The translations under genes were made by a program, and so were the position numbers. A stretch of 64,000 nt of DNA, filler included, from Dirinaria sp. TL-2023a (taxonomy: Eukaryota), in NCBI GenBank assembly GCA_051941275.1. It is 14 parts of 14 records of this genome, joined end to end, with 100 filler letters (N's around TTAATTAATTAA, not from the genome) between each part and the next. Parts side by side here need not be neighbours in the genome. Positions count along the whole stretch, not along the records: positions 45,982 to 50,438 come from JAVEBF010001837.1; positions 50,539 to 54,994 come from JAVEBF010001838.1; positions 55,095 to 59,538 come from JAVEBF010001839.1; positions 59,639 to 64,000 come from JAVEBF010001854.1; 10 more parts are not named here. One strand, given 5' to 3'. How positions within the stretch are numbered: position 1 is the stretch's first letter; each line of letters starts with the position of its first letter. Positions 49,489 to 63,722 of the stretch are shown one piece after another. The notes beneath the pieces are model-generated. The model had not been told where the DNA came from. It saw only the letters and a program-made list of their open reading frames with translations, and searched no databases.

Positions 49489-50538
49489 CGGCCTTATTCT
49501 GTTGAGCCGCTCCCCTACCCAAAAGTCATTTGTACATTATCAACACTCCTTCTCCGGACCAAAAGCCCTCGCCATGATATCAGCTTACAGTCCGGCATGG
49601 CGTCAGCACGCCCTGCAGGACGAATCACCTGCGAACATCCGCCAGCCGTCTTAGGGTCTGGTACCTCTTGTGTTCATTTACTATTCTAATACCCCCATGG
49701 CCTTTATAGACTTCACCCGGCCCAGCATTTGCTATTTATCTATTTTTATCTCAATTAATACCTTGCATCTATGCTCGCGAGCCAGAGCGCGCGCCAGAAA
49801 ACTACAACAACTATTACCCAAACATTTATTCCACCACCATCTGAATGTCACGGTAGCCGGAGTTGAAAAAAACCGGTCGGCCATACTACCACCGATCTTT
49901 ATATGTCGAGATCAATCAAAGTCCACTCATTTGCTACATAGCTTTCGCACCCCAAATCTTTTCCTTTTTTTTTATCTCATCAGCCCACCCAGAGTGAGTG
50001 GATGGAGGAGAGCGGGGAAGTGTGTATAATATTCGTACGGTCATTGTACGGGAATTTCAACTTGAAAAAGGGCGCGGGAAAAGCGGAGACCTCCTTACCC
50101 TTTACTTGAGAGAGAAAAAGTGTGCATGGAGCGGAGTGGAGTGGAGAGAAGCAACCTCGAGGCTTTGTACATAGAGAGAGTGGAGAGGAGAGAGGTGGGA
50201 GGAATAGCAGCAAGCAAGCTTTGCTTTCGTCTCATCAATTCCCCACCGCTCCCCCGGCGTAGTTAATGCTGATGTGATGGTTGAGACTATGCATGCCACG
50301 CCTGGCCAACCTGATTATCTTACCCTTTTCTTCCGTGCCACACTTGGTATCACGCCAGAGTATACTTGCCGAAGCAAGTCATCCCTCACTTCCTCCCTCT
50401 CCAATCTTACTAAGGGGACTCTTTACAAAGTCCGTATGNNNNNNNNNNNNNNNNNNNNNNNNNNNNNNNNNNNNNNNNNNNNTTAATTAATTAANNNNNN
50501 NNNNNNNNNNNNNNNNNNNNNNNNNNNNNNNNNNNNNN

Positions 50539-52180
50539 TATTGTTCATTGATGACTTAACCCAAAAAAAACTTCGTTTTTGATCAAACCACTGACTTTCT
50601 GATAGGAAATGTAATTGAGATAGACAAGTTTGGGGATATTTTTTCCCCTTCTTCGATTTCCTTTCCAAAAGGCACGCGGATTTCAAAATATCCCCTTTTA
50701 CCGAGAGAAACGAATTCGATTGAATCTTTGATTGCCTTTTCGTGCTTCTTACGAATAATCTGTGCTTTGACTTTTAAAGATCCATATAAAAGTCGAACGA
50801 GGTCCTTCCGGGTAATCAGGCTAGGAAAAGTATCTGAACTTTGGGATAGAAGAGTAGATAACGATTGTGCTTTTTTTTTTGTGTACACCGGAGGGGGGCG
50901 GTTTATGGGGGGGAAATTGTACTGAGGAATCGTTTGCTATGTATGTATGGTGGAATTGAGATCTGATAAGTAAAGCAGAAGAATAATGTGATGATATGAT
51001 TCCTTCAGTCGAGACCTCTTTTGAATGACTAAGATATCCCTCTCTGTGGATTCTCAGCTTCAAGATACCTCTTATCTCCCTCTCACTACTGTCAGAGCCG
51101 CTTTTATTGATTTTCTTGACGTGAGAGAAGTTCCTTTTCGTTGGATAATATAGAAGATAAATCTCTCTCTCTTTGCTCTCAATTCTGTGGTTCAAGATTC
51201 ATGGCTTGATCATTTCTTTTCTTATCCTTATCGAATGCTTGGCTCTTGCTTAGTACTAGTACTCAGTACTTAGAAAGTGATCGGATTTGTATTGCGGACG
51301 GTGATGCTTGCGCTTCGCTGCAACCGAGATTGCGAATATTGCTTGTGAGTGTATCTGAAATCCATGCTCAAGCTGTAAGGTAGAGTGAGGATGTTTATGT
51401 TTGTGGAAATTGCTCGATTTTGTAGACGCGAGGTGTTGGCGCTAAGAGGCGGACATCGCTAGCGTTTGTGTGAGTGTGATCTAGACTTGTTTTTCGAATG
51501 CTGGGGATTGATTTTTAAGTGACCAGTTATTTTTTTGTGTAAAATTCCGTGGGATTTAGCTTATTTTTCGTGGTTTTGGCTGGTGGAGGAGACCTAAAAT
51601 TGACAAATGGATTTGAATCGTGAAAGCGAAGTCTTAATAATCTTAAAACCCTTATAGTTATACTAAGCCAATCTAAAATCTCAAATAACACGATCGAGTC
51701 ATAAATGATATCAGGTTCTTGATCATGATAATTGAAGTATTTGGCAATTTCAAGGAAATGCGAGCTCACTTTTAAGTTGATGATGACTCCATTGACTCGT
51801 GTAAAGTTGGCGTATCAGCATCAAAGTGAATGGCGTAGGTATAGCCCAAAACCATGGACAGAGAGTGACCTAGAGTCCATTTGGGGTGCTGGAAAATACC
51901 TTATGAGACCCTCAACGATCATCGAAGTAAAGTCACTAGTGAACTAGGTGATCTTTTTCAGCGCTTTGGTCTTTTTTGCATACGCTCCAGGTACCTAAAT
52001 CTTTCTTCTTCTCCCTTTGATGTTACCTCCACTAGGTTCCTGCAAATGCGAAGACAGCTGTGGAGGTCGAAAAGGGAGGGAAGGAAGCGCGAGGTGGAAG
52101 GTTAGATTTTGGGAAAGAAGAGGAGGGGGGAGAAAAAGAGATAAGAGGCGAGTTTGCAAAGTAGGTAGATCAAGAGACAT
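50539..52180 (-). pseudogene. AT-rich degenerate coding remnant(s), family not recognised
   Basis: Fragmented ORFs (50583-50888, 50821-51195, 51527-51769, 51995-52180), several K/I/S/F-rich, with interrupting stops, in AT-rich DNA. Confidence 0.35.
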
Positions 52181-52767
52181 ATTTCAGCAAAAAAAATATA
52201 GAGCTGATCCTGCCTATGGTGAATTTCTCTCTGTGCGTGGCATGTGGTGTATCTGGAGCGGTCGCCTCGGTCGGTTAGATAAGGGTTTTAGGCTAGTGTT
52301 GAGTATAGAAGCAAGGAGAGGTTTTTTACTGTGTCCCTGTGGAGTACATGTTCGGCTGGCTGAATGGGAAAATATGGGAACATGAATTGGCTGATCGATT
52401 GATTGTGTACTGTAGTAGTGATAGGATGATCTGAGCTGATCGCTTGGAAAACAATGCTTTTATGTGAGAAAGTGAGACACTTGAATGTCCCGAGGAGTGA
52501 CCTTGGTAGATGGGAGCGGAAGATAGGAACTTTAGTACTAGGCTTTTGCTTTGTTGCGTGCGAATCCAAGACCGGGATTTGCAGTGCTCGCGCAAAGTTT
52601 TGGCCTCGATTCCTAGATACCACTGTTCCGTAAGATTTACGATCCATTGAACACATACTAAGCCGGATATCGTTCCCAGAATATGGACCAGTGAAGACTG
52701 ACTTATAGGGTGCTCCATATCGTGAAACGCATTTTCCAGACATAGCGCAACTCCTCAAAGTCAAGTC

Positions 52768-54543
52768 TCAGTCCACCGTACCTCCAAAAATAGTCTTTAA
52801 TAATGTGTAACAGGAATCCCGTTCTTCAGACAGCGCAAATGCCCTTCTTTTACCACCATGAGAACTGCTTATCTCAACATCCATGGGGATCTCGCCAAAG
52901 TAAATCCATGTCAATTTAGGCATGGCATTCACGTACTTCTTTGCTAAACGTAGCATGCGCCGACAATGTCGGCTCTCGCCTCTCGTTCCCAGGCGCTCCA
53001 CTTCCTCGTAGTACGACTCTGTTGATGACAAGGCTAAGCGACTGGTACTATAGGTGTCGCGACTGAAAGCTATCCTCTCCAGTAGAGGTAAGGTACGAAG
53101 GTGACGGCGTAGTGCATTGTGGTTGATCAGCCAGGTCTGCTTCCATTCAAACTGGTCGCCAGCACTCAGGTGAATCTGTTTGAGTGTCTTTAGAGAACTT
53201 ATTTCCTGCAGTGCCGAGTCTGGGATTTCGGCTTCTTCCCAGGTCAGGTGCAGAGAGGTTAGATTCCGGAAGCGCTGTACCAATGATGGAATGATCTTCA
53301 GTTCCAGTATAGCTCCCGGACTGGGCAACGGTAAGGCAAGCACCGCTATCTGTGGGTTCACCTGCAGAAACTGAAAAGGAGGTGAAGCTGAATTACCATC
53401 ATTCCACCCGCTCCACACGAATTTCTCTAAAGACGGAATAGTCCCACGTCGTTCGAAGAAATCGATATGCATTTGAGTCCAAGACCAGCCAATATCCAAA
53501 GAGCGCAGACCATCGTGAAGAAACGCTTCGAGCATTGACGAGTCCTTGAATTGAACAGACCCAATACTGAGACGACGAAGGTTTGGGAATTGGGGTATTG
53601 TGTCTGTAACAGCGTTCTTGAATGTATAACGGTCTCGATCTCGAGCAAAGTTTTTCATAACTAATTCTTCCAACGTTGGAGAGCAGAGGCGCAAGATACT
53701 TGCGCTTAGTGAAGAAGTACTTATTTTTCCAATCAAGTCGAAGCGTGGTTTCAGCTCCAAATGCAGTGTGCGCAGGGGCCAGGTACATGTTGCCAGCGGT
53801 TCCGGAAGTGGAATGCTAAATGTATCGTTGACATTTACGCGGAACAATTTAAGGTACTTGATTGGCGACAGAGCTAGGGTTTCGAAAAAGGAAGGAGAAA
53901 GGGAGACCATGTCTTCCCAGTCTAATAGCTCTAGGTGTGGCAGTGCGACAGAGTTAAGGATCGCCTGTATGCTTGGTATATATCGCCCAAAGAAAGAGCT
54001 GCACGCATTTACCATCCGCGCTGTCTGTTCGTCTTCGGGCAGATCTCCAAACTCGTCGCGATCTAGGCTAACGCCGTGGAGATGCGCAATCCAGCCTGGA
54101 TGTGTGGCGACTGTGATACGTCGAATACAGGGTCCCAGTTTTGGCAAAGTTGAGATCTCACTCGGACTGAAATGCTGAGGTGACGCCTCCACTGCGATCT
54201 TCCTGAGAAGCTTCATACTCGAAAAGCTGTAATTTAGCTCGACACTCGCAAATCGACGTGAACGTGCCAATTGAAGACAGTCACGGTTGACCAGCGCAAG
54301 CGAAGTGACAGATTCGGGCTCAAAATGTTGCAGGATTGCACCTAGAATTTCGAACGGTAGTCTGAACAATGGAGCAGTTGACCGTGGAGGTTGTCCATCA
54401 TTCACTCGGTCAAAGGAAAGCGGTAACGGAGGCACTTACTCTTTTCCAAAGTCATCCTTTTGGCCCGAAAACATCGGCATCAGGAGACTTAGAATGTCGA
54501 CGCCAGGTCTCGCGGCCGGTCTGGCGTCCGCGCTGTCGGTCAT
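52768..54543 (-). CDS. F-box/LRR-like protein with in-frame TAA at 54436-54438
   Basis: ATG 54543 opens MTDSADARP...DDFGKE* and the same frame continues VPPLPLSFDRV...LFRLPFEILGAIL (F-box) plus leucine-rich repeats for 555 codons. Confidence 0.75.
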
Positions 54544-55725
54544 TGTGCATGAAGATTGAGGGTACGAGTACAATAGCGAAACTATTCTATGGAGGCACCA
54601 CGTTTGAACGCCGTGATGTTTTCTAGGGTCTGCTTGACCCCACATACAATAATTTCCTTGACCTCCTAAAAACGGGTCGCCAATAGATACCTTACCTAGT
54701 ATCTGACCACTTACCTGACTAATACTAAATAGGTTAGGTGCATGGAGCGATACTTTCCAACACAGGATCCGTGAGCCGGGTAAACGTCGGAGGTATATTC
54801 GGGAAGGCTGTCGGGCCGAGGTCTCTCTATCCCCCTGCTCAGCCGAAATGCAAAGATCTCTTCCCTACGATGCTGTAGCTGCCCTCGAGATTGGCTGTGA
54901 TGAAGGCGAGAAAAGAAGAGTCGGCTTATCCATGCCTAGTCTGGCTTGCGTTCAAGCTCCCTTGATTTTCACGCCGACGTTGAAATGTTTAGTCNNNNNN
55001 NNNNNNNNNNNNNNNNNNNNNNNNNNNNNNNNNNNNNNTTAATTAATTAANNNNNNNNNNNNNNNNNNNNNNNNNNNNNNNNNNNNNNNNNNNNAGTCAA
55101 GAGTCTGCTATAGCAATGAGAAAGTACTGGGATGAGGAGAGGTTGTGAAAAGGTAGAAGAGATTCAGCTTTAAGGCTGAGGGGGATCGTTGGTATTGAAG
55201 AAAGCGGATGAGGGACTGGAGAGAGGAGTCAGTTAAAACCTTTGCATGCTACTGCTCTCCGGATGGACGATGAAGTACTCCGGGTAGTTGAAGAATAGCT
55301 TCATGGTCAATCCGTCCACGCCCATCCTCGCCATACATGAGGGAATTAGTCCGCGTGGAATTTCAGTTTGAAAATTGATCCTTGCGAGCAATTAAGGTAA
55401 AATCCTGTATGGACAGACCCGAGAAACACAGGCCTACATACACATAGCCTAATGGCAAAGATTGCAAAATCTGTACCTAGTGCGTAAGAGTGGCTTGATT
55501 TTCGAGAGGCTTGGGCAATGATACATTATGCTACTTTGTAGAGTTCTGTTCTGGCTAGCGCCACAGCGACCTGACGAGTCCAAAAGTTGTGCTTGGCAGC
55601 ATAATGTCCGCTTAGCCAGCCGATACGTCGAGGAGTCGGCAGAAACCCTGCATGTCGTTCGCCGTATACGGTAGAGAAAGATGCTGTGTGGTCCTTGCGA
55701 GGGCATTGACTGAAAGCATCCTCGA

Positions 55726-57449
55726 TCAACCGCACACCATACTCTCTTTTGGTATCTCTGGTTTTGGCACTCCATCCGCCTGATCTACCTTCTCCCTCAA
55801 CGACTCGACTTTCGGCTTCACCACGTTTGCGTCCACGGTCGCCATGCCTTTCAGCTTTTTCATATCTTTCTTACTAATCCTCATACTACCCTTCTCCAAT
55901 GCTTCCTTCGGTAAAGGTCGGACATATGGCTGGCAAACCCACCAAGGTCGCTTGCAAGCCTTTGCAGTGGCCAAAGAGGTCTGGTCTCCGTTCTGCTCGC
56001 CTGTCTCATGTTCCTCGCCACGCGGGTCTGGAGGAGAGTCATCTTCATACTGTGCGGGATTCGACGCGTAATCGATGAGACCTGCTTTGACTACTCGTTC
56101 AACCATAATCAGGACGTCCTCGAAAGCAGCCATGTTTCCACCACGAGACCGAGCTAGGGCGTCTCGAATATCGGTGTGCTTAGACACAAGCGGACGGAGG
56201 AGGTGGAATAGATGTGGCTGCATTGCGAGCAGACTTGGTGAAGTGCTTTTCTCATCCTTTTTGCTCTGCTTTTGCCGTTTTGCGGGTGGTTCGTCAGCAG
56301 TCTGTCCATCGAGCTCCTCAGCCACGTCTCCGACGAGACCATCTTCCTTGGGGTCTGATGGTAAGAACAGCGGCTTCCGCTTCGGTGGAGTAGTTTCGAG
56401 AACATATGTGTAGAGGATATCCATATAGCGTCGGAACACAGCATCCATTCTATATCCGCCTTTTCCGTCCCGGCCTCGCCAGTACTCACGGCCTTCGTTC
56501 CCCACTGCTGGGGGCTCCGCGAAGATGCCAGGATCACACAGATTGCCTTCAGCGCTCATGACTCCGTCCGCGCCTGTCTCTTCCAAGCATCTGCTGATGT
56601 CTTCATGCTTCAGGATGTTTCCATTCGCAAATATTACTGTTTCAGGGGGAAGGTGGTCCCTTAGATAGCGCAGAACAGACCAGTCCGCCAAGCCAGTATT
56701 GTGTCCCTTCTGCTCTCGTTGTCTCCCATGAACAGTAATGATAGAAGCTCCGGCAGACAAGATGACCTTTGCATATTCTAAAGTCTTCTCCTTCGTTTCC
56801 AGTATACGCATCTTCGCTGTGACGGGTATATCAAGCTTGTGGTGCAGCTTATTGATCAGGTTGTATATCAGGTTCCAATCCTCTTGCAAGAATGCGCCAT
56901 AGTGCCCCTTCCTCGCTATACCTTGCGGACAGCCCAAGTTGAGATCCACAGCATCACAGAACGGCTGTACGTATAGCGCAGCTTCGAGGAATTCGTCAGG
57001 CGAATTCGCGCAGAACTGGACAAAGAGCGGCCGATCGTGAGTAGGATGGCCATCGAGATGCAGATTTTGTGGCGCGCAATCGTCTGGGCCAGGGACAGTA
57101 GCAAGTCCACTTCGGACAGGTTGGAAGTGGTGGTTACGAAATTTGGCGGTCTCGGTGAACAATCGTCCATGCAACATGGGCGTGTAGGCTAAAAGGTCTT
57201 TTGACGATTCAGGGGACAGGTATGAACGTGTGAGCATGCGCCATGCCTGCGGAGTCATTCAGTCCGGTTGATACAGACTCCAAGTAAAGAAAAGCATACG
57301 AACTCTGACTGATCTACCATGGGCGCAAGAATAATCTTTGGGCTCCCAAGCCTCTCATAAAACGCCCGACCTGTCAGTTTTTCTCTGGTGGGTTGACGCT
57401 CTCCCCATGGTGCAGTGGGAATTGTATGTAAAGGGAATGGTAGGGCCAT
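55726..57449 (-). CDS. DUS1: tRNA-dihydrouridine(16/17) synthase
   Basis: LAPMVDQSEF|AWR (intron 57299-57247), YTPM, DRPLFVQFCAN, DLNLGCPQGIARKGHYGAFL, HGR, ANGNI and DGVMSAEG motifs. Confidence 0.95.
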
Positions 57450-60400
57450 GGTGGCGAGCGAATTTCTTGTTCGTTCGGTGAAGTGGAATAGAGAGCGGGC
57501 ATACCGCAATTGCAGGGCTCGAATGGAATCCACTACGGCGGTGATGCTCTGTGAATGGACTTTTGAGCGGTTTCGAGGGCAATCATGAATATCGAGGTGC
57601 ACTCGAATCTCAAGAAGCTCAATAGTGCAAACGGGATCACGCAGCCAATCATATGGGAGCGAGCTTGAGTGCTTGAATGTCTGGTCAATACCTTACCTGC
57701 ATACGAGCAGAAGTAGTCAGGCACTTTCTTGGCAAGAAAAGAGGACAGAAACCTGCCACAGCTTAGTTAAAAGCTTTGTCGGGGGTGGCCGCATTTAGCG
57801 AGCCAGCTAAGGTTTCAGGGGGGAGCAAGGGTGACTACGGGTGAGTTAACACCCGAGACCCTCCCCCTAATTGGTGATCGGCACCTCAGCCCGAGTGAGC
57901 AAGCAAGCTTCTTGTTCACCTTTCCAATCCTACAACGCCCGAGCAGCCCAAAAAAAAAAAAGGAAAGAAGAAAAAAAAAAAAAGCTGTGCGCATGCCCAC
58001 ACCCTTTGGCATAGTCTCATTCATGTGGGCTTGAAATTGGATATCGTGATCTAGACAAGAGAAGGCGATGCGCCGTCGATCCTCATTCCTCCAAATCGAG
58101 AAATCGCCATCGTCCTTTCCATTTTAGTTCTTCCCGACGTTCCCGTCCATTCTATGCGAGCATGAGCCGAAGATAAATCTCGCCTCAGAAGCTGCTAAAG
58201 AGAGCTAAAGCCAATAATTACAAGCAAGGTGCCCATCAGACAGAGAATAGCATCAAGAATAATAACAGGTATGTGAAGAAGACTCTGAAGACTCAAAATT
58301 GAACATCGAGACGGTATGAGAAGTGAGTACAAACGTGGACTTGTTTCGCCGCACAATTTATTGACAGTGATAACAGTAATAATGACAACAACGATGATGA
58401 CGATGATGAAAGTCTGCACTCGCTAACGGTGAATCCAGCTGATGTATGCCTCTTCCCAGAGGAGAACCCTTACAAGAAAGATTACATCGATCTGAAAATC
58501 GCTTTCGTCAGCGCAAAGAAACCTCGCATCATACTTTGTATGGCACAATCCAAATCAGAAGTCAGATCAAAAATGTCACCGCGGTTGAGCCAACCAAAGC
58601 GGGCTCAAGATCGAAAGCCTCTTCGTAGAAAGCCGAATGGCAACCGTCCTAGGGATCACGTATCTACAGTAGAGGATGCTTTGTTCTAATAATATTGGTT
58701 TAGACTTGTTTGGGGGTGTTTTGTTTTCTATGGGTTACTTAGTTGTGGGTTCTTTACTTATTTATTCTTCATAGCTGTATACTCTCTGGCTTGGTCTCGT
58801 CAGCCTCTGGCGAAGAGAAGGAAATTCACTTCTTAGGTTTTTTTTTTTAATATTCGGTTTTTGATCCTTTAAGTTCTCCGTCTTTACAGTTGTAGTATCA
58901 GCCGGCCAGCTTGGGTCATAGTACCCTAGGCTATTCTCAGTCCTTCAGGCATAAATACCGTCATATTGCAGAATCACACCCAACGTGATCAATTTTCAGC
59001 TTTCTCACGTGTAGTTTCAATTGTGGTGCCTGCTGTTTCCGATATGGGCCCTGCCGCCGCTGTTGGGTGGCCTTTTCAGATATCTGCCCTCCCCCTTCCA
59101 ATTCAACCCGTCCCCTCCGCCACCCTCATCGCTACCTTCACTTCCTTTTTCTCTTCTTGCTTAATCTGGCCCAGGTTCAGAGCCCTGCGCTATTTTTAGC
59201 CAAATTCATCTTTACATGGCCCGTTAGCAGTTGGGATGCCCAGTCAAGGGGCTCCAGGCTGTGAGCGGGCTATATCTTGAGACCGACCCAAGAGTGGCGT
59301 GTCAAGGACCTATCCATTTTGAGGCTTTGAAGATGTGAGGAGGCATTATGTCATTTGACTGGAAGCCTAGCAATTGCAGTGATTATCTCATAGACTGGGG
59401 GATTCTTAAGCGCCTCATGTTTAGAAATAGTTACCAGATGATGTCTGAAGGCTTCAGCTCATACATAGGAAGTAGGTTTGTAGGCACAAGATTTACTCGG
59501 ATGTTTCATATTCTTGAAACCTTGAGAAGAGAACGAAGNNNNNNNNNNNNNNNNNNNNNNNNNNNNNNNNNNNNNNNNNNNNTTAATTAATTAANNNNNN
59601 NNNNNNNNNNNNNNNNNNNNNNNNNNNNNNNNNNNNNNTAGTGAGAAAGCAGCTTCAGAGGGGATAATTCTACTTCATGCAACAGGCCGAGAACGTTCCG
59701 ACGTGCATCTCAGGCTAGCCCAAGTAGAGTGTTCCATGCGATGGCTCGAAAAGATGCATCTGATCTTGGCGACCGGATGGATCCCGAAATAAATGGACTG
59801 TGTCAGCGCATGAGAGACTGCTCTGATATCTACGGATATCTCGTAGTCATGACAATGTTCGACGGATAAATGGACAGTCTTCTTCTCGACAAGTTGAAGA
59901 ATCAACTTTTCTTGGAGCTAAGATGAAGCATAACTTCGTGAAAACATCATTTCGCGAAAGGCAACGACTTTTCGATATCCCATACAGTAGCATAAATTGG
60001 CGCATCTTGGCCAAGCAATCAGATGCATTTTGAGATAGATCAATCGTGTAATAAATTCACAGCCTTGGTAGGGCAACTCCTAAGGCTATTACCGTAGGTG
60101 TATCATGACACAACCTTGTCGACTCTTCGCGGGCCGCTTTAGTTGATTGACTAGTTTATCGACATGTTGATGAACATTGTCAGAGCTCATTGTTTTGTAG
60201 ATTTAGGTTCTGTATTCTGTAATGGGTCGATAGGAAGCAAAGGCTACTTTCAGAAATTCTACCATATGCAATGGGTAATAACAATCCCCTGAAGCCAATA
60301 CCCGACGATAGGCTTTTTGCTATTGGATGTGCTGAATGTCAGAATTCATTGAATGATGATGGACCGATCGGACATAATCGAAGACATGTGACTTGAAAGG

Positions 60401-61149
60401 TAAGTTAGCAGCGAATAATCCTTCCCTGCCACAGTGGGGAAGGTGTGATACCCCACGAAGAACAAGCAACTAAACTAATATCCGCCAATTGCAAAATCAA
60501 GATAGGAGATGCCAATCTCGTTAGCATCACTCGGAAGAGCCGAAGTCGCTTTGCTCGCCGGGAAGAGTGCCTTGCCAGGAGAGCTGAAGCCTTGGTCTTC
60601 ATTATATATAGGCGATAGCAGAGTAATATAACTCCCTAGGCTCAACCTAGTGTAGCTTCTTGTGAAACCTCTTTATACAAATTCCCTAGCATTGATTCTT
60701 TGGACCGCTCTCCTGCCGCCAAGGCTGTTTTAGTGCATCGACATCAGTATCTGCTGCACCTTTGCAGATCCAGACAGCCACAATGCAATGCTAAAGGTTG
60801 ACATGAGAAGGCTGCATATTGTTGTCACGTTTTCACGGCAAGTGAGAGGGGATGATGCTCTACCAGCATGAAGTGCGCGTGGGAACTTGTGACTCTACAG
60901 GCCTCCAATTCCATAGGACGTGCTACATTTCTTGTGGCCATGCAGGCGTACCTAACGGGTAGAACAGTCGTATCGCTGCGGTGGTTAGCTCGTGCAACGT
61001 GAGATCTGATTGACAATCAGCGCTGTTTATATAAGAACAAGCAAGTCAAAGCAAAGGCTTGCCTTAACCTAGTTCACTCGTCCTCCGGTACCCACACAAA
61101 TAATTATCTTTTCCACAATTGTAGTACCAGCCTGAAAATACTTGAAAAT

Positions 61150-63270
61150 ATGCCATTGCTAGTTGTGCTTCAGCCTCCAATACATGGAATTTCCATGCCT
61201 TCAAACATCTTATTCTTAGCCACGCTTATTGGCTTATATGGAGTTGTCTTCATCGTAGTGAAAGTACTAATAGTAAGTAGACCCTCAAAAGTACTGCTCA
61301 AAAAGCATGATGACTAAAATTCACGAAAGGAGGGGAAAATTGCGTGGATAGAGATGCTACCACCATACTTGAAAGACAAAGGTTTTATGATAGCTTACCT
61401 AGGCAACGGCCCAGATTTGCTCCAACACCATTACCGCAAGGTATTTCATCATCAATATTGCTCCCTTCAAACCATAGAGAAAGCTTATTAGATGTAGTAC
61501 AAGGGCCGAATATTCAGTATCAAAACACCTGGGAAGCAACTATTTGTGGTAACCTCGCGCAAGCACATTAAAGAGCTCAACCAAGCATCTCCTGCCACCC
61601 TTTCAATGCATGCTGTAGCCAAGGAGGTCAGCCTTCTCGCTGTCTGGTACAATCATTGTCGCCTAGTACTTATCTTGTCTCCAGCTACTGCAACCCTTCC
61701 ATACAATGCAGGGCTGGGATATGCATGACCACCGGGGTGCTGATGGACTTCGATCTTTGCAAGCGATTCGAAGCCACTTCACCTCGATGCTACCTGAGTT
61801 GTTCTCCATGCTGGAGTATTCCATCATCGATGAGTTTTCTAGAGCACTCTCTGAATGCGAAATTACGGATGGTAAGCCAAACATAAACCCTTTCAGACCA
61901 CCTCCAGATTAATATGGAGAAGGGAACCATCAAGTACGGCTGTTTCCACTGGCGAGAAGAGTGATGGCAAGAGCGAACTGCGCGGCTTGTTTCGGGGCAG
62001 ACCTTGGTAGGGTCGTCTATGAGAACAAGATTTGGCAGACTGACCAGCAACAGCTTCAAAGCCGGAACTCGTTGCTGCGGCAACACAATTTGTGATGGAT
62101 GCGTACATATCGGGAGAAATCATACGACTGGGGCCCAACTTCATCACAGTGTAAGGCCATGATAGCTGTGATAATAGTAGAACTCACTCCTCTTCCAGAC
62201 CCCTGGCAAGGATCGTGACCAAGCGCCATGAGGCTTCGAGAGTTCTCTTTGGATACCTCTGCACAGCAGTGGAGCAACGCCGTTGTGTCTCGGACGTCGA
62301 CTGCGGAATAGATAAACCGGTATGTCTAAGCTCTCTGCTGATGTATAACGCTCACTGGTGGAACGATTAGACGGATGGACTGCAGAAAATTATGGATGCA
62401 CTTCCTGAGCGTCCCGCCGCCAATATTGCGCACGAATGCCTAGGAATCTTTTTCTTTTCTGTACTAGGACTTACCAATGTAAGCCAGCTGCTTAGCTGTA
62501 CACGAAAGCTGGAAAAAGCTGACTGAAACAGGCAGTGACATTCGCACTAGCAGATCTCTGCATGCACGCGGAATATACTGCACCAATACGACAAGAATTA
62601 GCACAAGGCTGGAGCGACTTTGAACGCGATGCTGAGGGTCTGCCGCTGCTTGATAGCTTTGTCAAAGAGTCGACTCGTCTGCATGGTACTGAAGCTGGTA
62701 CTTCCCCCGTCTTTCTCAATGGTCATATCACCCCGCAACCTCGACAATAGCTATTGGCCCAGATTGTGTGCTAATTACTCATAGTCTCCGGTCGTCGCAA
62801 AGCATTGGCACCCTTTACCTTCTCCGATGGCCCGAGCGTGCCCCGGGGCTCATGGATTTATGTTCCAACGGCTAGTATCAATCGTGACTCCGAGTTCTTT
62901 GAGAACCCTTTGCAGTTCGACGGTTTTCGATTCGTTCCTGATGAATCATCACGCCTTACCGAAGTTTCCGCAAAGTGGCTGTTGTGGGGCACTGGACGCG
63001 TAATTTGGTGAGTGGCTTCCTTTTAAAAAACTTCCTCCTTTTCGTCGTTGTCGACCAGATGTGTATTCTTGAAAGCTAACGAGTTGATTTGCCAGTCCCG
63101 GGAGATTTTATTCCAGCATGATTATCAAGATAATCCTCGCGCATGTCCTGCGCCGATATGATATGAAGTTGCAGAACCCTGACAAGCCACGGTCTTATAT
63201 GTGGAGGTCGTCCATAATGCCAAGGAGCGACTTCACAGTGCTTTTGAGGCCCAGGGTAGAGATTGAATGA
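61150..63270 (+). CDS. Cytochrome P450 (multi-intron, secondary-metabolism type)
   Basis: N-terminal TM anchor, LDSFVKESTRL (ExxR), FDGFRF and heme motif WGTGRVIC|PGRF with the Cys codon split by an intron. Confidence 0.9.
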
Positions 63271-63722
63271 TCATATAGGGCTAGTATAAGTCCGCGTTGT
63301 CAGACACCGATCCACGGTAATCTTTTGCAATGCTCAGGATTTGCCAATCTTTGGAGCTCAGTAGACATAGTACACAAATTGAAGCTGAAGACTGATGTAG
63401 AATTTTCTAACTTGGTGTTGTTGAAGCAAAAGCAGGAGCAAGTTGCTTCGAGCGCCAACAAATAATCCACTAACTAATTCTGCAATAGTGAGCACCTACT
63501 GAGTCCCTTGGCGCCAAGCCCCCGGCCAAACCTCCACGCACTTATCGATAAGCCAACTGCTAGCCCTCGATCAAACAACGTCATAACCACCCCACTTCAA
63601 TTCTCCCAAGTAAATACTCAGCTTCACCTTCTGCTCTATCACAAACCTCCCAATACTTCTCTAAACCTATAGAAAGCTGCAACCCAGAGTCCTGACAAAC
63701 CTCCGACAAGCACTCCTCCAAC

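Noticed and set aside
27672..50438. Apparent clustering of light/sexual-development regulators (wc-1, IME2) and an NLR
   Set aside because: The genes lie on different contigs, so their adjacency is an artefact of sorting by length.
34161..54543. Stop-codon reassignment as the explanation for in-frame TAA/TAG
   Set aside because: Conserved genes end at TAG (SSB, PDA1) and TAA (RSC4-like, wc-1) at the expected positions.
4534..59638. Regularly spaced TTAATTAATTAA palindromes every ~4.5 kb, resembling a repeat array
   Set aside because: They are embedded in N runs and separate size-sorted contigs, so they are an assembly linker and not biology.
59639..63270. Secondary-metabolite cluster around the P450
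   Set aside because: No backbone enzyme or second tailoring gene is recognisable on this short contig.
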